The notes beneath the pieces were generated by a model, which saw nothing but the letters and a program-made list of their open reading frames with translations, was not told the DNA's origin and made no database searches. Source: an uncultured Bacilli bacterium (GTDB lineage: Bacteria > Bacillota_I > Bacilli_A > RF39 > UBA660). From it: a stretch of DNA of 64,000 bases. Of the stretch, positions 10,752 to 21,400 are shown piece after piece; within the stretch, counting starts at the first letter, position 1, and each line of letters opens with the position of its first letter. A program made the translations under genes and the position numbers. The stretch covers positions 42,214 through 106,213 of the forward strand of contig CALVIX010000005.1 of assembly GCA_944331895.1 (NCBI GenBank), in the 5' to 3' direction.

Positions 10752-11054
10752 ATGGATTTAATTATCGTTGTAATATTACTTTTATTAGTTGCATTTATTT
10801 ATAAGAAATTCAGTAGTTTTATTTACTTTTTTGGAATTTTAGATATTTTCTTTCGATTGATTGCTTTGATGAAGTATCAATTAGATATTCCAGAAATCAC
10901 TCAGTTTTTTAACAAGTATGTACCAGAATCATTGTTAGGCATTTTTCAAAAATATTCTACTGGAGTTTTTCAGGATATTTTGACTTGGGGATATATTATT
11001 GCGATGGGTGCTTTTCTATACTATGTATTCCGTACATTTTTGAAGAAGAAATAG
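10752..11054 (+). CDS. small hypothetical membrane protein (3 TM)
   Basis: ORF with RBS AGAGGTG. Hydrophobic segments. Confidence 0.5.
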   Translation: MDLIIVVILLLLVAFIYKKFSSFIYFFGILDIFFRLIALMKYQLDIPEITQFFNKYVPESLLGIFQKYSTGVFQDILTWGYIIAMGAFLYYVFRTFLKKK

Positions 11055-11063
11055 GAGATTGTT

Positions 11064-11696
11064 ATGAAAGAGAAGAAAAATGGTTTTACACTGATCGAAC
11101 TTTTAGTAGTAATTATCATACTAGCTGCAGTTAGTTTACTATTAGTACCAACAGTTCTCGATGCGATCGATACATTTAAAGGAAATTCGTATGAGGATCA
11201 AATTAAGATTATCGAAACGGCAGCTCAAACTTGGGGAACAGATCATTTGTATGCTTTAGAATTTTACGAAGGTGATACAGCAACGATCACCTTAGGTCAA
11301 TTAAAAGGAGAAGGATACCTCGATTATAAATTTCTCGATCCTACGACGAAGAAAAATTTCCCTGATGATATGACGATTACGGTAACGAGAAAAGGGAAGA
11401 AGTTAAGATTCCATGTAAATTCTGATACTGGAACAAGTACGAGTTATAATGGAGATGACCAACCGCGATTAACTTTACGAGGTGATGTCGTTCAATATGT
11501 TGAGTTAGGAGATACATATGTAGATCCCGGAGTAGACAAAAAGAATACGACAAAGACTCCAGAGATCACGTATGCTAAAAATGGAAGTCCTGTATCTGCA
11601 ATCAATACATTACAAGCAGGGACGTATACAATTACATATAAAGTAAGTAACGATAATACATCGACGACGATCATGAGAACGGTAATTGTAAAGTAA
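11064..11696 (+). CDS. type IV pilin-like protein with C-terminal Ig-like (DUF5011-type) module
   Basis: Class III signal MKEKKNG|FTLIELLVVIIIL (G-1, F+1, E+5). Pseudopilin-like LGQLKGEGYLD..DP segment. C-terminal PRLTLRGD..VELGDTYVDPGV..GTYTITYKV..RTVIV pattern. Confidence 0.8.
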   Translation: MKEKKNGFTLIELLVVIIILAAVSLLLVPTVLDAIDTFKGNSYEDQIKIIETAAQTWGTDHLYALEFYEGDTATITLGQLKGEGYLDYKFLDPTTKKNFPDDMTITVTRKGKKLRFHVNSDTGTSTSYNGDDQPRLTLRGDVVQYVELGDTYVDPGVDKKNTTKTPEITYAKNGSPVSAINTLQAGTYTITYKVSNDNTSTTIMRTVIVK

Positions 11697-11697
11697 G

Positions 11698-11721
11698 AAG
11701 TGTCTTGATAGACACTTTTTA
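11698..11721 (+). terminator. rho-independent terminator after the pilin-like gene
   Basis: AAGTGTC-ttgata-GACACTT followed by TTT. Confidence 0.75.
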
Positions 11722-11778
11722 TTATGTGAAAGGTATACATCGAACGCATGTTTGTGATATAATGAATATGGTGATAAT

Positions 11779-12336
11779 ATGTACGCATATATAAAAGGAA
11801 ATGTAACAGAAATTGGAAATAATTATATTGTCGTAGATAATCAAGGAATTGGCTATTTAATTTATACTGCAAATCCATACAGTTTTCATATTGGAGAAAT
11901 GTATACCGTATATGTATATCAACATATTAGAGAGGATGAAAATACACTCTATGGATTTCAAACGTTGGAAGATAAGGAATTATTTTTAAGATTGATCGAT
12001 GTAAAGGGATTGGGCTGCAAGATGGCGCTTCCGATGTTTGCAACTGGATCGAAAGATGGAATTATCGATGCGATCGAAAGAGAGAATGTACTTTACTTGA
12101 AGAAGTTTCCAAAGATAGGGGATAAGGTAGCACGACAAATTATCTTAGACTTAAAAGGAAAACTAATATCAGCAGAAAATACGAGTGTTACTTCAGCTAG
12201 TAATCAAGAATTGATCGAAGTATTAAAAGGGTTAGGATATAAACAGGCAGATATCACGAAAATATTGCCTAAGATCGATGCGACGAAGTCGATTGAAGAT
12301 CAGATTAAAGATGCATTGAAACTCATGTTAAAATAG
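11779..12336 (+). CDS. ruvA: Holliday junction helicase subunit RuvA
   Basis: MYAYIKG...GIGY N-terminus and HhH region. Followed by ruvB. Confidence 0.9.
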   Translation: MYAYIKGNVTEIGNNYIVVDNQGIGYLIYTANPYSFHIGEMYTVYVYQHIREDENTLYGFQTLEDKELFLRLIDVKGLGCKMALPMFATGSKDGIIDAIERENVLYLKKFPKIGDKVARQIILDLKGKLISAENTSVTSASNQELIEVLKGLGYKQADITKILPKIDATKSIEDQIKDALKLMLK

Positions 12337-12352
12337 GAATAGGAGTGATATT

Positions 12353-13357
12353 GTGGACGAGAGAATTATAACGAATCACGAATTAGAAGAGGATCAGTTT
12401 GAAGCGACGATTCGCCCTGACAGTATCGATGAATATATCGGACAGTCAGAGGTCAAGGAAAACTTAGAGATTTTTATCGAAGCTGCTAAGATGCGACACG
12501 AACCATTAGATCATGTTTTATTATATGGACCACCAGGATTAGGAAAGACGACGCTCGCTTACATCATAGCGAATGAACTAGGTAGTAATTTAAAAACGGC
12601 AAGTGGGCCGTCGATCGAAAAGAGTGGGGATCTAGCGGCAATCTTATCGACGCTCGAAGCAGGAGATGTACTTTTTATCGATGAGATTCATCGTATGCCA
12701 CGGTATATTGAAGAAATTTTGTATCCAGCGATGGAAGATTTTACACTCGATATTATCGTTGGAAGTGACTCTAGCAGTCGCAATATTAAAATTGATTTAC
12801 CACCATTTACTTTGGTAGGGGCAACGACGAGAGCGGGAGATTTGACTGGACCGCTTCGCGATCGTTTTGGAATCGTAAATAAGTTAAACTATTACACTGT
12901 AGAAGAGCTTACTAAAATCGTCAGTCGTAGCTCACGCGTATTAAAGTGCGAAATTGACGAAGCAGCAGCGGTAGAACTTGCAAAACGCAGTAGGGGGACA
13001 CCACGTATTGCCAATCGTCTATTAAAAAGAGTAAGAGATTATGCACTTGTAAAAGGGAATGGAAGAATCGATATCGATATTACACGTTATGCATTAGATA
13101 AGTTAAAAGTAGACGAAGGTGGATTAGACGATACGGACTATCATTTATTAAAATCTATGATCGAGAAATTTAATGGAGGACCTGTAGGAATCGAGGCGCT
13201 TGCATCGTCGATTGGAGAAGAGGCAACGACGATCGAAGACGTATATGAGCCTTACTTATTACAGATGGGATATATGAAACGAACTCCAAGAGGAAGAGTT
13301 GTCACTAAAAAGGCGTACGAACATTTAAAAATAGATTATCAAGAGAAGATGTTTTAG
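12353..13357 (+). CDS. ruvB: Holliday junction helicase RuvB
   Basis: [11 protein letters not shown]alker A, DEIHR Walker B, characteristic RuvB sequence. GTG start. Confidence 0.95.
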   Translation: MDERIITNHELEEDQFEATIRPDSIDEYIGQSEVKENLEIFIEAAKMRHEPLDHVLLYGPPGLGKTTLAYIIANELGSNLKTASGPSIEKSGDLAAILSTLEAGDVLFIDEIHRMPRYIEEILYPAMEDFTLDIIVGSDSSSRNIKIDLPPFTLVGATTRAGDLTGPLRDRFGIVNKLNYYTVEELTKIVSRSSRVLKCEIDEAAAVELAKRSRGTPRIANRLLKRVRDYALVKGNGRIDIDITRYALDKLKVDEGGLDDTDYHLLKSMIEKFNGGPVGIEALASSIGEEATTIEDVYEPYLLQMGYMKRTPRGRVVTKKAYEHLKIDYQEKMF

Positions 13358-13364
13358 GTGGAAT

Positions 13365-14252
13365 ATGGAAAAAGTAATTGTAATTGTAGGGCCAACCAGT
13401 GTTGGTAAGACAAAGATGAGTATCGAACTTGCAAAAAGGTTTGATGGGGAAGTCATCAATGCAGATAGTACGCAAGTATATCGTGGTTTAGATATTGCAA
13501 CAGCAAAGGTAACCGAAGAGGAAAAAGATGGAGTTTTACATCATTTGTTAGATATTAAAAATATTGATGAGGACTATACGGTATATCACTATCAACAGGA
13601 TGCGAGAAAGGTCATCGATGATATTTTATCGAGAGGAAAGACTCCGATTATGGTAGGGGGAACAGGGCTTTATATCAAAGCAGCTCTCTATGATTATCAG
13701 TTTTCAGAGGAAGTAAAAGATGCGATCGATTATGAGCAATTTGATAATGAGACACTTTACCAAAAATTATTAGAAGTAGACTCCAAAACAGACATTCATC
13801 CAAACAATCGTAAGAGAATGATACGTGCACTACAGTATTACGAAGTGCATAAAGAACCGATATCCTTAAAAGAAAAGACTGAAAGGATCTTAATCCCTCA
13901 CATTATGATCGGACTTACAATGAATCGAGCACGTCTATACGATAGAATTAACGAAAGGGTAGACGAGATGATTGCTCATGGACTTTTAGATGAAGCAAGG
14001 AAGATATACGATACTAAAATAAGATCTAAGGCAGTCATGACGCCAATCGGATATAAAGAACTGTTTTCATATTTTGATGGAACCCAGTCATTAGAGGAAT
14101 GTATTGCTTTGATGAAACAGAGAAGTCGTCACTATGCGAAACGTCAATATACATGGTTCCGTAATCAGATGAAGGTACAGTGGTTCGATGTTGACCTGGA
14201 TCATTTCGATCAAACAGTCGAGGAAGTAAAACGTTATATTAAGACACAATAA
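13365..14252 (+). CDS. miaA: tRNA dimethylallyltransferase
   Basis: IVGPTSVGKT P-loop, NADSTQVYRGLDI, GGTGLY motifs. Confidence 0.9.
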   Translation: MEKVIVIVGPTSVGKTKMSIELAKRFDGEVINADSTQVYRGLDIATAKVTEEEKDGVLHHLLDIKNIDEDYTVYHYQQDARKVIDDILSRGKTPIMVGGTGLYIKAALYDYQFSEEVKDAIDYEQFDNETLYQKLLEVDSKTDIHPNNRKRMIRALQYYEVHKEPISLKEKTERILIPHIMIGLTMNRARLYDRINERVDEMIAHGLLDEARKIYDTKIRSKAVMTPIGYKELFSYFDGTQSLEECIALMKQRSRHYAKRQYTWFRNQMKVQWFDVDLDHFDQTVEEVKRYIKTQ

Positions 14253-14275
14253 AAAGCAACGATCGTTGCTTTTTT
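14251..14275. terminator. bidirectional terminator between miaA and the convergent gene
   Basis: Perfect palindrome AAAAAGCAACGATCGTTGCTTTTTT. Confidence 0.75.
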
Positions 14276-15203
14276 AATTATAAGTTGCTTCTACATATAT
14301 TTCCGGATCAAAGTTGTGGTATACATTATCTTTTTGTTGTAAATCTTTGGTTGTGATTAAAAAGAAATTATGTAGGAGTAAATTTTGTCCAGTATCGACT
14401 ACGGGATCGTCCCATGTAAGATCTAGATGAAGCCAATTATCATCTAAGTAAACTAAGTTCCAAACATGTTCATCGTTTGCAATTTTCATATTAGGAATTC
14501 CCATTTTAGTTAGAAAGATTGCCATTGTATCACTATAACCACCACACAAACTTAAATGTTGGAATAAGGTACCGTAAGCGAAGTGTGATAAACTACTTTT
14601 ATCTGTTTGTAACCCGTTTTTTATAGATGCAGCAGCATTTTTATCATATACTGTCGTGTTGATAATATAGTCGTGAAAGGCTAGAATTTTTTCCCTTGGC
14701 GTCATTTGATCCGTGATGATTTCGCTTATGATACGATCGATTTCTTGGTCCACTTTTTCCCGTTGTTCTTTCGAATATACTTTATCGATTTGAATGTTGA
14801 CTCTACCAAATGAATTCATATTGACTGCTATTTTGTTATAGCTATTGTACGGATGAACAAAATTGTTTAAATTAGATAACTCCAGTTGATTTTCTGTAAT
14901 CTGTTTTGTATCTTCGATACACGTTTTATAAGTACTAGGACAGAAGAAAGTGTATTCTTCAAATCCCCCGTTTAAAATAGTATAAAATAGATTAAATAGT
15001 TCTTCTTTGTTTTGCGGTTCTTTTTGTGGAACTTCTCTTACATATTGAAATTCTGTTTTGACCTCATATTGATTTGGGGTTTGTATTGCCATTTCTTGTT
15101 TATAAATCGTATTTTTTAATATGAATGTCGTAAAATCTTGATTGGTAAATAAAATTGCTAAAACAATGACAATTACCGTAATCGATGTGAGTATTTTTTT
15201 CAT
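14274..15203 (-). CDS. transglutaminase-like cysteine peptidase domain protein, membrane-anchored
   Basis: Start moved to MKKIL (15203), behind AGGTGA. CGGYSDTMAIF..HVWN..DLTWDDP matches a Cys-His-Asp transglutaminase core. Confidence 0.7.
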   Translation of the reverse strand: MKKILTSITVIVIVLAILFTNQDFTTFILKNTIYKQEMAIQTPNQYEVKTEFQYVREVPQKEPQNKEELFNLFYTILNGGFEEYTFFCPSTYKTCIEDTKQITENQLELSNLNNFVHPYNSYNKIAVNMNSFGRVNIQIDKVYSKEQREKVDQEIDRIISEIITDQMTPREKILAFHDYIINTTVYDKNAAASIKNGLQTDKSSLSHFAYGTLFQHLSLCGGYSDTMAIFLTKMGIPNMKIANDEHVWNLVYLDDNWLHLDLTWDDPVVDTGQNLLLHNFFLITTKDLQQKDNVYHNFDPEIYVEATYN

Positions 15204-15255
15204 AGCATCACCTAGTATCATTATATCATAGAAAGAATAAAAAAAAGAAGTAAAA

Positions 15256-15519
15256 TTACTTCATTTCATTTACCTTATTTGTAAGGCGAGATTTATTACG
15301 TGCAACATAGTTTTTAGATACTACTCCTTTAGCAGCAGCTTTATCGATTGTCTTGATCGCTGTTTTTAAGTTTGCTGCGGCTTGTTCTTTATCGTTTGCA
15401 GCAACTGCTTTTTCTACTTTTTTCATAGCAGTTTTCATTGTTGCTTCATAATTATTATTTTCTACAGTTCTTTTTTTGTTTACTTTTACCATTTTTTTGG
15501 CATTTTTCATGTTTGGCAT
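15256..15519 (-). CDS. rpsT: 30S ribosomal protein S20
   Basis: 87-aa basic Ala/Lys-rich protein, MPNMKNAKK...RNKSR pattern. Confidence 0.9.
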   Translation of the reverse strand: MPNMKNAKKMVKVNKKRTVENNNYEATMKTAMKKVEKAVAANDKEQAAANLKTAIKTIDKAAAKGVVSKNYVARNKSRLTNKVNEMK

Positions 15520-15621
15520 CGTTTCACCTCCAAGTCACTCAATATAAACATTTTAACAAATTTCTTATAAAAAAGCAATAAAAACAGTGTTTTTTGGTAA
15601 AAATATGAAAGAGGTGAGAAA

Positions 15622-16662
15622 ATGAGTCATGAGATAGATTTAGGAAAATACCAAATTCGCACTGACTTAGCGGTGGAAGCAATTGGACAAGTAAAGGAAA
15701 AAGACAAAGAAAAAGTTGAGAGTAAGATAGAAGAAATTGATGGGGTTACTGTGACGGATGTCATTATTCGCGATGATGGGGGTAAAGAGATAGGAAAGAA
15801 AGATGGAAGATATATCACGGTAGAGTTTGAGGATATTACGGATCATGATAATCGAAAAAAAGTAGAATCAATTGTCGTTGAACAGTTGAAAAAGTTAATT
15901 GCCGATATTCATATGGAACAAAATCAAAGTTGTGTTGTCATTGGACTCGGCAACGATGCTTCGACTCCAGATGCACTTGGACCTATGGTCGCAAGACGCG
16001 TACTCGTTACAAATCATCTATTTGAATATGGGGAAGTAGAAGAAGGATTTCGGCCGGTTGCGACTTTTACGCCTGGCGTGATGGGTCAGACGGGAATTGA
16101 GACGATGGATTTAATTCGTGGACTCGTAGGGGAGATACATCCAGATTTTATGATCGTTGTAGATGCGCTTGCGAGTCAGAGTGTGAATAGGTTGAATCGA
16201 ACGATTCAGATGACCGATACGGGAATCCATCCAGGGAGCGGAGTAGGAAATCATAGGAAAGAAATTAGTAAAGAAACGTTGGGAATTCCTGTAATTGCGA
16301 TCGGAGTTCCCACGGTTGTCGATGCAGTTACGATCGTAAGTGATACAATTCATTATATGCAGAAACACTTTTCTTATATGAAGAGACATTATTCTGATCC
16401 TACTCATTTATTAACACCACTTACTTATATAGATCCTTCGAAAGAAGTAGGGGAAATGAGTGAAAAGGAAAAAGAGGATCTTTTTGGGATGCTAGGAACT
16501 TTAACTTCATCTGAGATGAAACAATTGATATTTGAGGTGTTGACACCGATTGGATATAATTTGATTGTTACGCCAAAAGAAGTGGACTTTATCATGTCAG
16601 GACTTACTGAAGTAATTCGAACATCGATCGATAGAGCATTACATCAAAAAGTGACAGAATAA
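15622..16662 (+). CDS. gpr: GPR spore germination protease
   Basis: RTDLAVEA, VIGLGN..TPDALGP, DALA motifs. Bacillus-like rpsT/gpr/spoIIP neighbourhood. Confidence 0.85.
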   Translation: MSHEIDLGKYQIRTDLAVEAIGQVKEKDKEKVESKIEEIDGVTVTDVIIRDDGGKEIGKKDGRYITVEFEDITDHDNRKKVESIVVEQLKKLIADIHMEQNQSCVVIGLGNDASTPDALGPMVARRVLVTNHLFEYGEVEEGFRPVATFTPGVMGQTGIETMDLIRGLVGEIHPDFMIVVDALASQSVNRLNRTIQMTDTGIHPGSGVGNHRKEISKETLGIPVIAIGVPTVVDAVTIVSDTIHYMQKHFSYMKRHYSDPTHLLTPLTYIDPSKEVGEMSEKEKEDLFGMLGTLTSSEMKQLIFEVLTPIGYNLIVTPKEVDFIMSGLTEVIRTSIDRALHQKVTE

Positions 16663-16744
16663 GCAATCTTTTCATATTGATTTCGACAGAATGGAACAAC
16701 ATAAACCTGTATCATCTATCATAGAATGATAGGGGAGGTGTTGT

Positions 16745-17758
16745 ATGCGAAAAAGGTTTGTAGCTCATAAACGTAGAAAGAAATGGAAGCTTAAATATCT
16801 CTTTTATGTAGTTCTTATTTATTTTGTATATCAATTTATGTTTGGTTGTGTTTTATCTTTAAAAATAGCACACAATAATGAAGCTTTTTTAAAGGCGATG
16901 TTACGTGATTCTAATCATCATTTGTTATATGAAAAAAATAGTGAATCTCTATTTACCAAAGTTACTAATTTTTTAACACAAGTCGATATCACAAAGCCGT
17001 TGACGATTATCGAAAAGGGATTTTTCTACGAAGAGAAGAAGATAGAACAAGTAGCTAAGACTTCGGCAGATGGAGATTTAGGAGTGATGCCTGAGACGAA
17101 GTATGTAAGCGATCCAAATCCAACACAGGTCGCAACGACACCACGGGTTTATATCTACAATACACATCAATTGGAAAACTATAGCATGGAAAATTTAGAA
17201 GTTTATAATATTACTCCGAATGTGATGATGACATCATATCTGTTGAGAGAAAAGTTGAATCGTCAAGGTATTTCTACAATTGTAGAAGAAGCGAACTTTA
17301 AAGAATATATGCAAGCAAATTCATGGGTTGGAAAAGATCAATATAAAGTGAGTAGACAGTTTTTAACAGAGACGTTAAAAGCATATCCCAATATGGATCT
17401 TATGATCGATTTACACAGGGATGCAATCAAAAAGACAGCTTCTACTTGGTCTGATGGTACGAAAAATTATGCGAAAGTACTTTTTGTCGTTGGAACAGCC
17501 TATGATGGATATGAGAAAAATTTGGAACTTGCAAATGTTTTTCATCAAAAGATCAATGCGAAATATCCGGGTTTATCAAGAGGTGTCATGCAAAAAGAAG
17601 GAGCTGGAGTGAATGGAATTTACAATCAAGATGTAAGTTCTAATATGCTTTTAATCGAATGTGGCGGCTATGAAAATACGATCGATGAAGTTGCAAATAC
17701 GACGGATATATTAGCGACGATCATTACGGAATATTTGGGTGAAGCACATGAAATTTGA
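16745..17758 (+). CDS. spoIIP: stage II sporulation protein P
   Basis: N-terminal TM helix, YIYNTH..E.Y and DLHRD motifs of SpoIIP-type amidase. Synteny. Confidence 0.8.
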   Translation: MRKRFVAHKRRKKWKLKYLFYVVLIYFVYQFMFGCVLSLKIAHNNEAFLKAMLRDSNHHLLYEKNSESLFTKVTNFLTQVDITKPLTIIEKGFFYEEKKIEQVAKTSADGDLGVMPETKYVSDPNPTQVATTPRVYIYNTHQLENYSMENLEVYNITPNVMMTSYLLREKLNRQGISTIVEEANFKEYMQANSWVGKDQYKVSRQFLTETLKAYPNMDLMIDLHRDAIKKTASTWSDGTKNYAKVLFVVGTAYDGYEKNLELANVFHQKINAKYPGLSRGVMQKEGAGVNGIYNQDVSSNMLLIECGGYENTIDEVANTTDILATIITEYLGEAHEI

Positions 17759-18092
17759 AGATAAAGTTAAGATTTATCATAAGATATTCAAGTTTTGTTT
17801 TACGATATCTCTCGTAGCATTTTTGACTCTTTATCTATCTCAAGCAACTGGGTATTACGAATATGAACAACATAAGACTATGGCGTTTACGAGTGAACAG
17901 ATCAAACAATTTGAAAAAGATGTAGCAGAGGGTAAGAATATCGATATGAAAAAATATCTTGAAAATTCAAATAAAGATTATAGTAACCGGATGTCGGATT
18001 TAGGATATCAATTATCGAGTGGAGTTGGAAATATCGTAAAAAGTGGAATCGAAGGTATTTTCGGAGCGCTTAATCAGATGGTAGAAGAATAG
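17748..18092 (+). CDS. small membrane protein in the position of B. subtilis yqxA
   Basis: ATG at 17748 behind GGGTGA, overlapping the spoIIP stop. Single TM helix. Call rests on spoIIP-x-lepA synteny only. Confidence 0.4.
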   Translation: MKFEDKVKIYHKIFKFCFTISLVAFLTLYLSQATGYYEYEQHKTMAFTSEQIKQFEKDVAEGKNIDMKKYLENSNKDYSNRMSDLGYQLSSGVGNIVKSGIEGIFGALNQMVEE

Positions 18093-18168
18093 GTATGCAT
18101 GTTTGCATATCTATTTTTGTTCTAGCAAAAGCAGAATGATTTTGTTATAATAATACAAGGTGATTGTG

Positions 18169-19968
18169 ATGAAACAACAAAATATTAGAAATTTTTCAAT
18201 TATCGCACATATCGATCACGGAAAGAGTACGATTGCAGACCGTATTTTGGAACTTACGGGGGCAATTACGGAAAGAGAAAGACAGGCACAGCTTTTAGAT
18301 AGTATGGATCTAGAACGTGAGCGGGGAATTACGATTAAGTTAAATGCGGTACAGTTGCACTATCAGTATCAAAATGAGGACTATGTTTTGCACTTGATCG
18401 ATACACCGGGACATGTCGATTTTAGCTATGAAGTGAGTCGTAGTTTAGCTGCTTGTGAGGGGGCTATCTTAGTCGTCGATGCAGCACAGGGAATCGAAGC
18501 ACAGACGCTTGCGAATCTATATCTTGCTTTAGAAAATGATCTTACGATTATTCCTGTGATCAACAAGATAGATTTACCGAATGCGGATGTCGAGAAGGTG
18601 ACGCAAGAGCTAGTAGATACTTTAGGGTTTTCAAAAGATGAAATTATCTTATGTAGTGCAAAGAATGGAACAGGGATTCAAGAGTTAGTAGAAGCAGTAA
18701 TCCAAAGGGTACAACCCCCGAAAGGAAGTGTTACGGAACCTCTTCAAGGTTTAATCTTCGATAGTATCTACGATCCATATCGTGGGATTGTAATCTTTGT
18801 TCGTATCGTCAATGGAAAAGTTTCCGTTGGTGATACGATAGAGATGATGACGACGGGAGCGACTTACGAAGTGGTAGAATTAGGGGTTCATACCCCACAC
18901 GAAAAGAAAAAAGATGATTTAGTTGCTGGAGAAGTTGGATATATCTGCGCAAGTATGAAAAGCATTCAAGATGTCAAAGTAGGAGATACAATTACCCTTG
19001 CGGATCGTAAGGCAAAAGAGGCACTTCCCGGATATCAACCTATGAAACCGATGGTGTTTTGTGGGCTTTATCCAATCGAATCTAGCCAGTATCCAGAACT
19101 GAGAGAAGCTTTAGATAAATTAAAGTTAAACGATGCATCTTTATCGTTTGAACCGGAGACGAGTAAAGCGTTAGGCTTTGGATTTCGATGTGGATTTTTA
19201 GGGCTTTTACACATGGAGATCATCGAAGAGAGAATCGAACGAGAGTTTGGAATTCATTTGATTGCAACAAGTCCTTCTGTTATTTACGAAGTGACAAAGA
19301 CAGATGGAAGTGTTGTCATGGTAGATAGTCCTGCAAAATTGCCAGAGCGCCAGCGGATTGCCGATATCAAAGAGCCATATATTCGTACGAACATTTTTGT
19401 TCCAAGTCAATATATCGGACCTGTAATGGAACTTTGTCAGAATAAAAGAGGAAACTATGTATCGATGGAATATATCGATCAAACGAGAGTGAATATCCAC
19501 TACGAAATTCCACTTTCTGAAATTGTTTATGATTTTTTTGATAAGTTAAAATCATCTACGAAAGGATATGCATCATTCGATTATGAGTTGATTGGATATA
19601 AGAGTAGTAATCTCGTAAAGATGGATATTTTAATCAATGGAGAAATGGTAGATGCTTTATCTCTTATCGTACACAAAGATTTTGCTTATCACCGAGGAAA
19701 AGCGATTGTTGAAAATTTACGCAAGTTGATTCCAAGACAACAGTTTGAAGTGCCAATCCAGGCAGTGATTGGAACGAAGGCAATAGCACGTGCCGATATT
19801 AAGGCAATGAGAAAGAACGTACTAGCTAAGTGTTATGGTGGAGATATTACAAGAAAGAGAAAACTACTAGAAAAACAAAAAGAAGGTAAGAAGCGAATGA
19901 AGATGGTAGGAAGTGTAGAAATTCCTCAAGAAGCATTCTTATCAGTATTATCTATGGACGAGGAGTGA
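18169..19968 (+). CDS. lepA: elongation factor 4
   Basis: [17 protein letters not shown]1, DTPGH, NKID. LepA-specific C-terminus. Confidence 0.95.
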   Translation: MKQQNIRNFSIIAHIDHGKSTIADRILELTGAITERERQAQLLDSMDLERERGITIKLNAVQLHYQYQNEDYVLHLIDTPGHVDFSYEVSRSLAACEGAILVVDAAQGIEAQTLANLYLALENDLTIIPVINKIDLPNADVEKVTQELVDTLGFSKDEIILCSAKNGTGIQELVEAVIQRVQPPKGSVTEPLQGLIFDSIYDPYRGIVIFVRIVNGKVSVGDTIEMMTTGATYEVVELGVHTPHEKKKDDLVAGEVGYICASMKSIQDVKVGDTITLADRKAKEALPGYQPMKPMVFCGLYPIESSQYPELREALDKLKLNDASLSFEPETSKALGFGFRCGFLGLLHMEIIEERIEREFGIHLIATSPSVIYEVTKTDGSVVMVDSPAKLPERQRIADIKEPYIRTNIFVPSQYIGPVMELCQNKRGNYVSMEYIDQTRVNIHYEIPLSEIVYDFFDKLKSSTKGYASFDYELIGYKSSNLVKMDILINGEMVDALSLIVHKDFAYHRGKAIVENLRKLIPRQQFEVPIQAVIGTKAIARADIKAMRKNVLAKCYGGDITRKRKLLEKQKEGKKRMKMVGSVEIPQEAFLSVLSMDEE

Positions 19969-19972
19969 TCGT

Positions 19973-20704
19973 ATGAGTTATAGTGAACAAAGAGAAGTTT
20001 TAATCAAAGAAAGAAGAGAGATGGTTGCAAGATATATTGTAGAGCATCATTGTACGATAAAAGAAGCATATCAACACTTTAAAGAAGACAAAGATCTCAT
20101 GAATATGTTTCAACAATATCGCGTTGGTTTTAGCTTGTCGACGTTAAAAAGAGAGTTAGATCTTCCTTTAAAACAGAGCAATCCAGAATTATTTAAAGAA
20201 GTGAGACCTTTCATCGATGGAAATCGAAACAACGTCTTAACCAATCAATCCATGACGAGGGAAGCATTTGCTCGATTGATTATCGTAAAACGAGACGTTG
20301 AAAAAAAGAGTTTTCGGGTCATTGGAAAAGAATTAGAGTTAGCCGAGACTTCTGTGATTCGTATCTATAGGGATTACGTAGGGAAGGTTGAACTTTCACA
20401 GGAAGATTTAGAACTTGCAAAGAAAAGCGATATGAATCTAAGGCCTCATATTCAGGATAAAGTAGAACAACATCAAAAGGGAATTGAACACCAAATTTTA
20501 TCTTGGGCAAATTATGCATTAGAAACCAAATGTGATTTACCCACACTTTCTCAACATTTTGGTTTAGAAAGACAAAATGTAAAGAATACTTTATCCGAAT
20601 TATTACCGTTGATAGATTATGAGCTATATTTAACTTTACAAGGTCAGTTAGGGTTATGCGACGAACTTTCTTATCAGGAGCAAGCACCAGTTAAGAAAAA
20701 ATAA
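19973..20704 (+). CDS. protein built of three SpoIIID-like helix-turn-helix repeats
   Basis: Three segments each resemble B. subtilis SpoIIID (sequence recalled from memory): IKER..ARYIVEHHCTI...FSLSTLKRELDLPLKQSNPELFKEV; EKKSFRVIGKELELAETSVIR; YALETKCDLPTLSQHFGLERQNVKNTLSELLPLIDYEL. Confidence 0.5.
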   Translation: MSYSEQREVLIKERREMVARYIVEHHCTIKEAYQHFKEDKDLMNMFQQYRVGFSLSTLKRELDLPLKQSNPELFKEVRPFIDGNRNNVLTNQSMTREAFARLIIVKRDVEKKSFRVIGKELELAETSVIRIYRDYVGKVELSQEDLELAKKSDMNLRPHIQDKVEQHQKGIEHQILSWANYALETKCDLPTLSQHFGLERQNVKNTLSELLPLIDYELYLTLQGQLGLCDELSYQEQAPVKKK

Positions 20705-20727
20705 TATGAGGAAACTCATATTTTTTT
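20704..20727 (+). terminator. rho-independent terminator
   Basis: ATATGAG-gaaa-CTCATAT followed by a run of six T. Confidence 0.8.
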
Positions 20728-20772
20728 GTCAAATTCTATGAGATGATACATATATTAGATTAGGTGATTTAG

Positions 20773-21153
20773 ATGGCGAGTAAGGAAGAATTTAAATCGT
20801 TTGTAAAGGATCATCCACGATTGATTGGACATGTTAAAAATGGAGATATGAACTGGCAAAAGTTTTATGAATTATATGATTTATATGGAGAATCGGAGGA
20901 AATTTGGAAAGAGTATTTAAAAGAACCTGTAGTGGAATCTAACAGAGAAAATGTAGAGAAAATAGCCACGACTGGTTTTAGTATCGGAGAAATTATGAAT
21001 TTTTTAAAAGGAATCAATTTGGATGAATTACAAAATGGAGTCAGTAGTTTACAGCGTGTCGTAGGAGTATTGCAAGATTTTGGGAAGAAGGAAACACCAA
21101 ATCCAAAAGAACAATATAAGCCAAGACCAATCTATAAACATTTTGAGGACTAA
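20773..21153 (+). CDS. ylbD: YlbD-like protein (putative spore coat associated)
   Basis: EEFKSFVKDHPRLI..V..G...WQ.FYE.Y.LYGE.EEIW resembles YlbD. ylbD-ylbE-rsmD synteny as in B. subtilis. Confidence 0.5.
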   Translation: MASKEEFKSFVKDHPRLIGHVKNGDMNWQKFYELYDLYGESEEIWKEYLKEPVVESNRENVEKIATTGFSIGEIMNFLKGINLDELQNGVSSLQRVVGVLQDFGKKETPNPKEQYKPRPIYKHFED

Positions 21154-21374
21154 TGACGTTAGAACAGCAATTTAAAATAAAAAACAATCCATACTTTCAA
21201 AGGTATTTGAGAGAACATTCTTATTGGTATAAATATTTAAATCGAAATCCTGCTTACTTTGATGCATTTGTAGAGGAAGTAAAAGATACTTATAAATTAA
21301 GACCATCTGATAAAGTCAATCGTATATTGGATACATTGGAAGTACTTCAAACATTGATGTCTACGATGCAATAG
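21153..21374 (+). CDS. ylbE: YlbE-like small protein
   Basis: NPYFQRYLREHSYWYKYLNRNP pattern and synteny. Confidence 0.5.
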   Translation: MTLEQQFKIKNNPYFQRYLREHSYWYKYLNRNPAYFDAFVEEVKDTYKLRPSDKVNRILDTLEVLQTLMSTMQ

Positions 21375-21400
21375 TGTATAATGATGCTGGATGTGATCAT

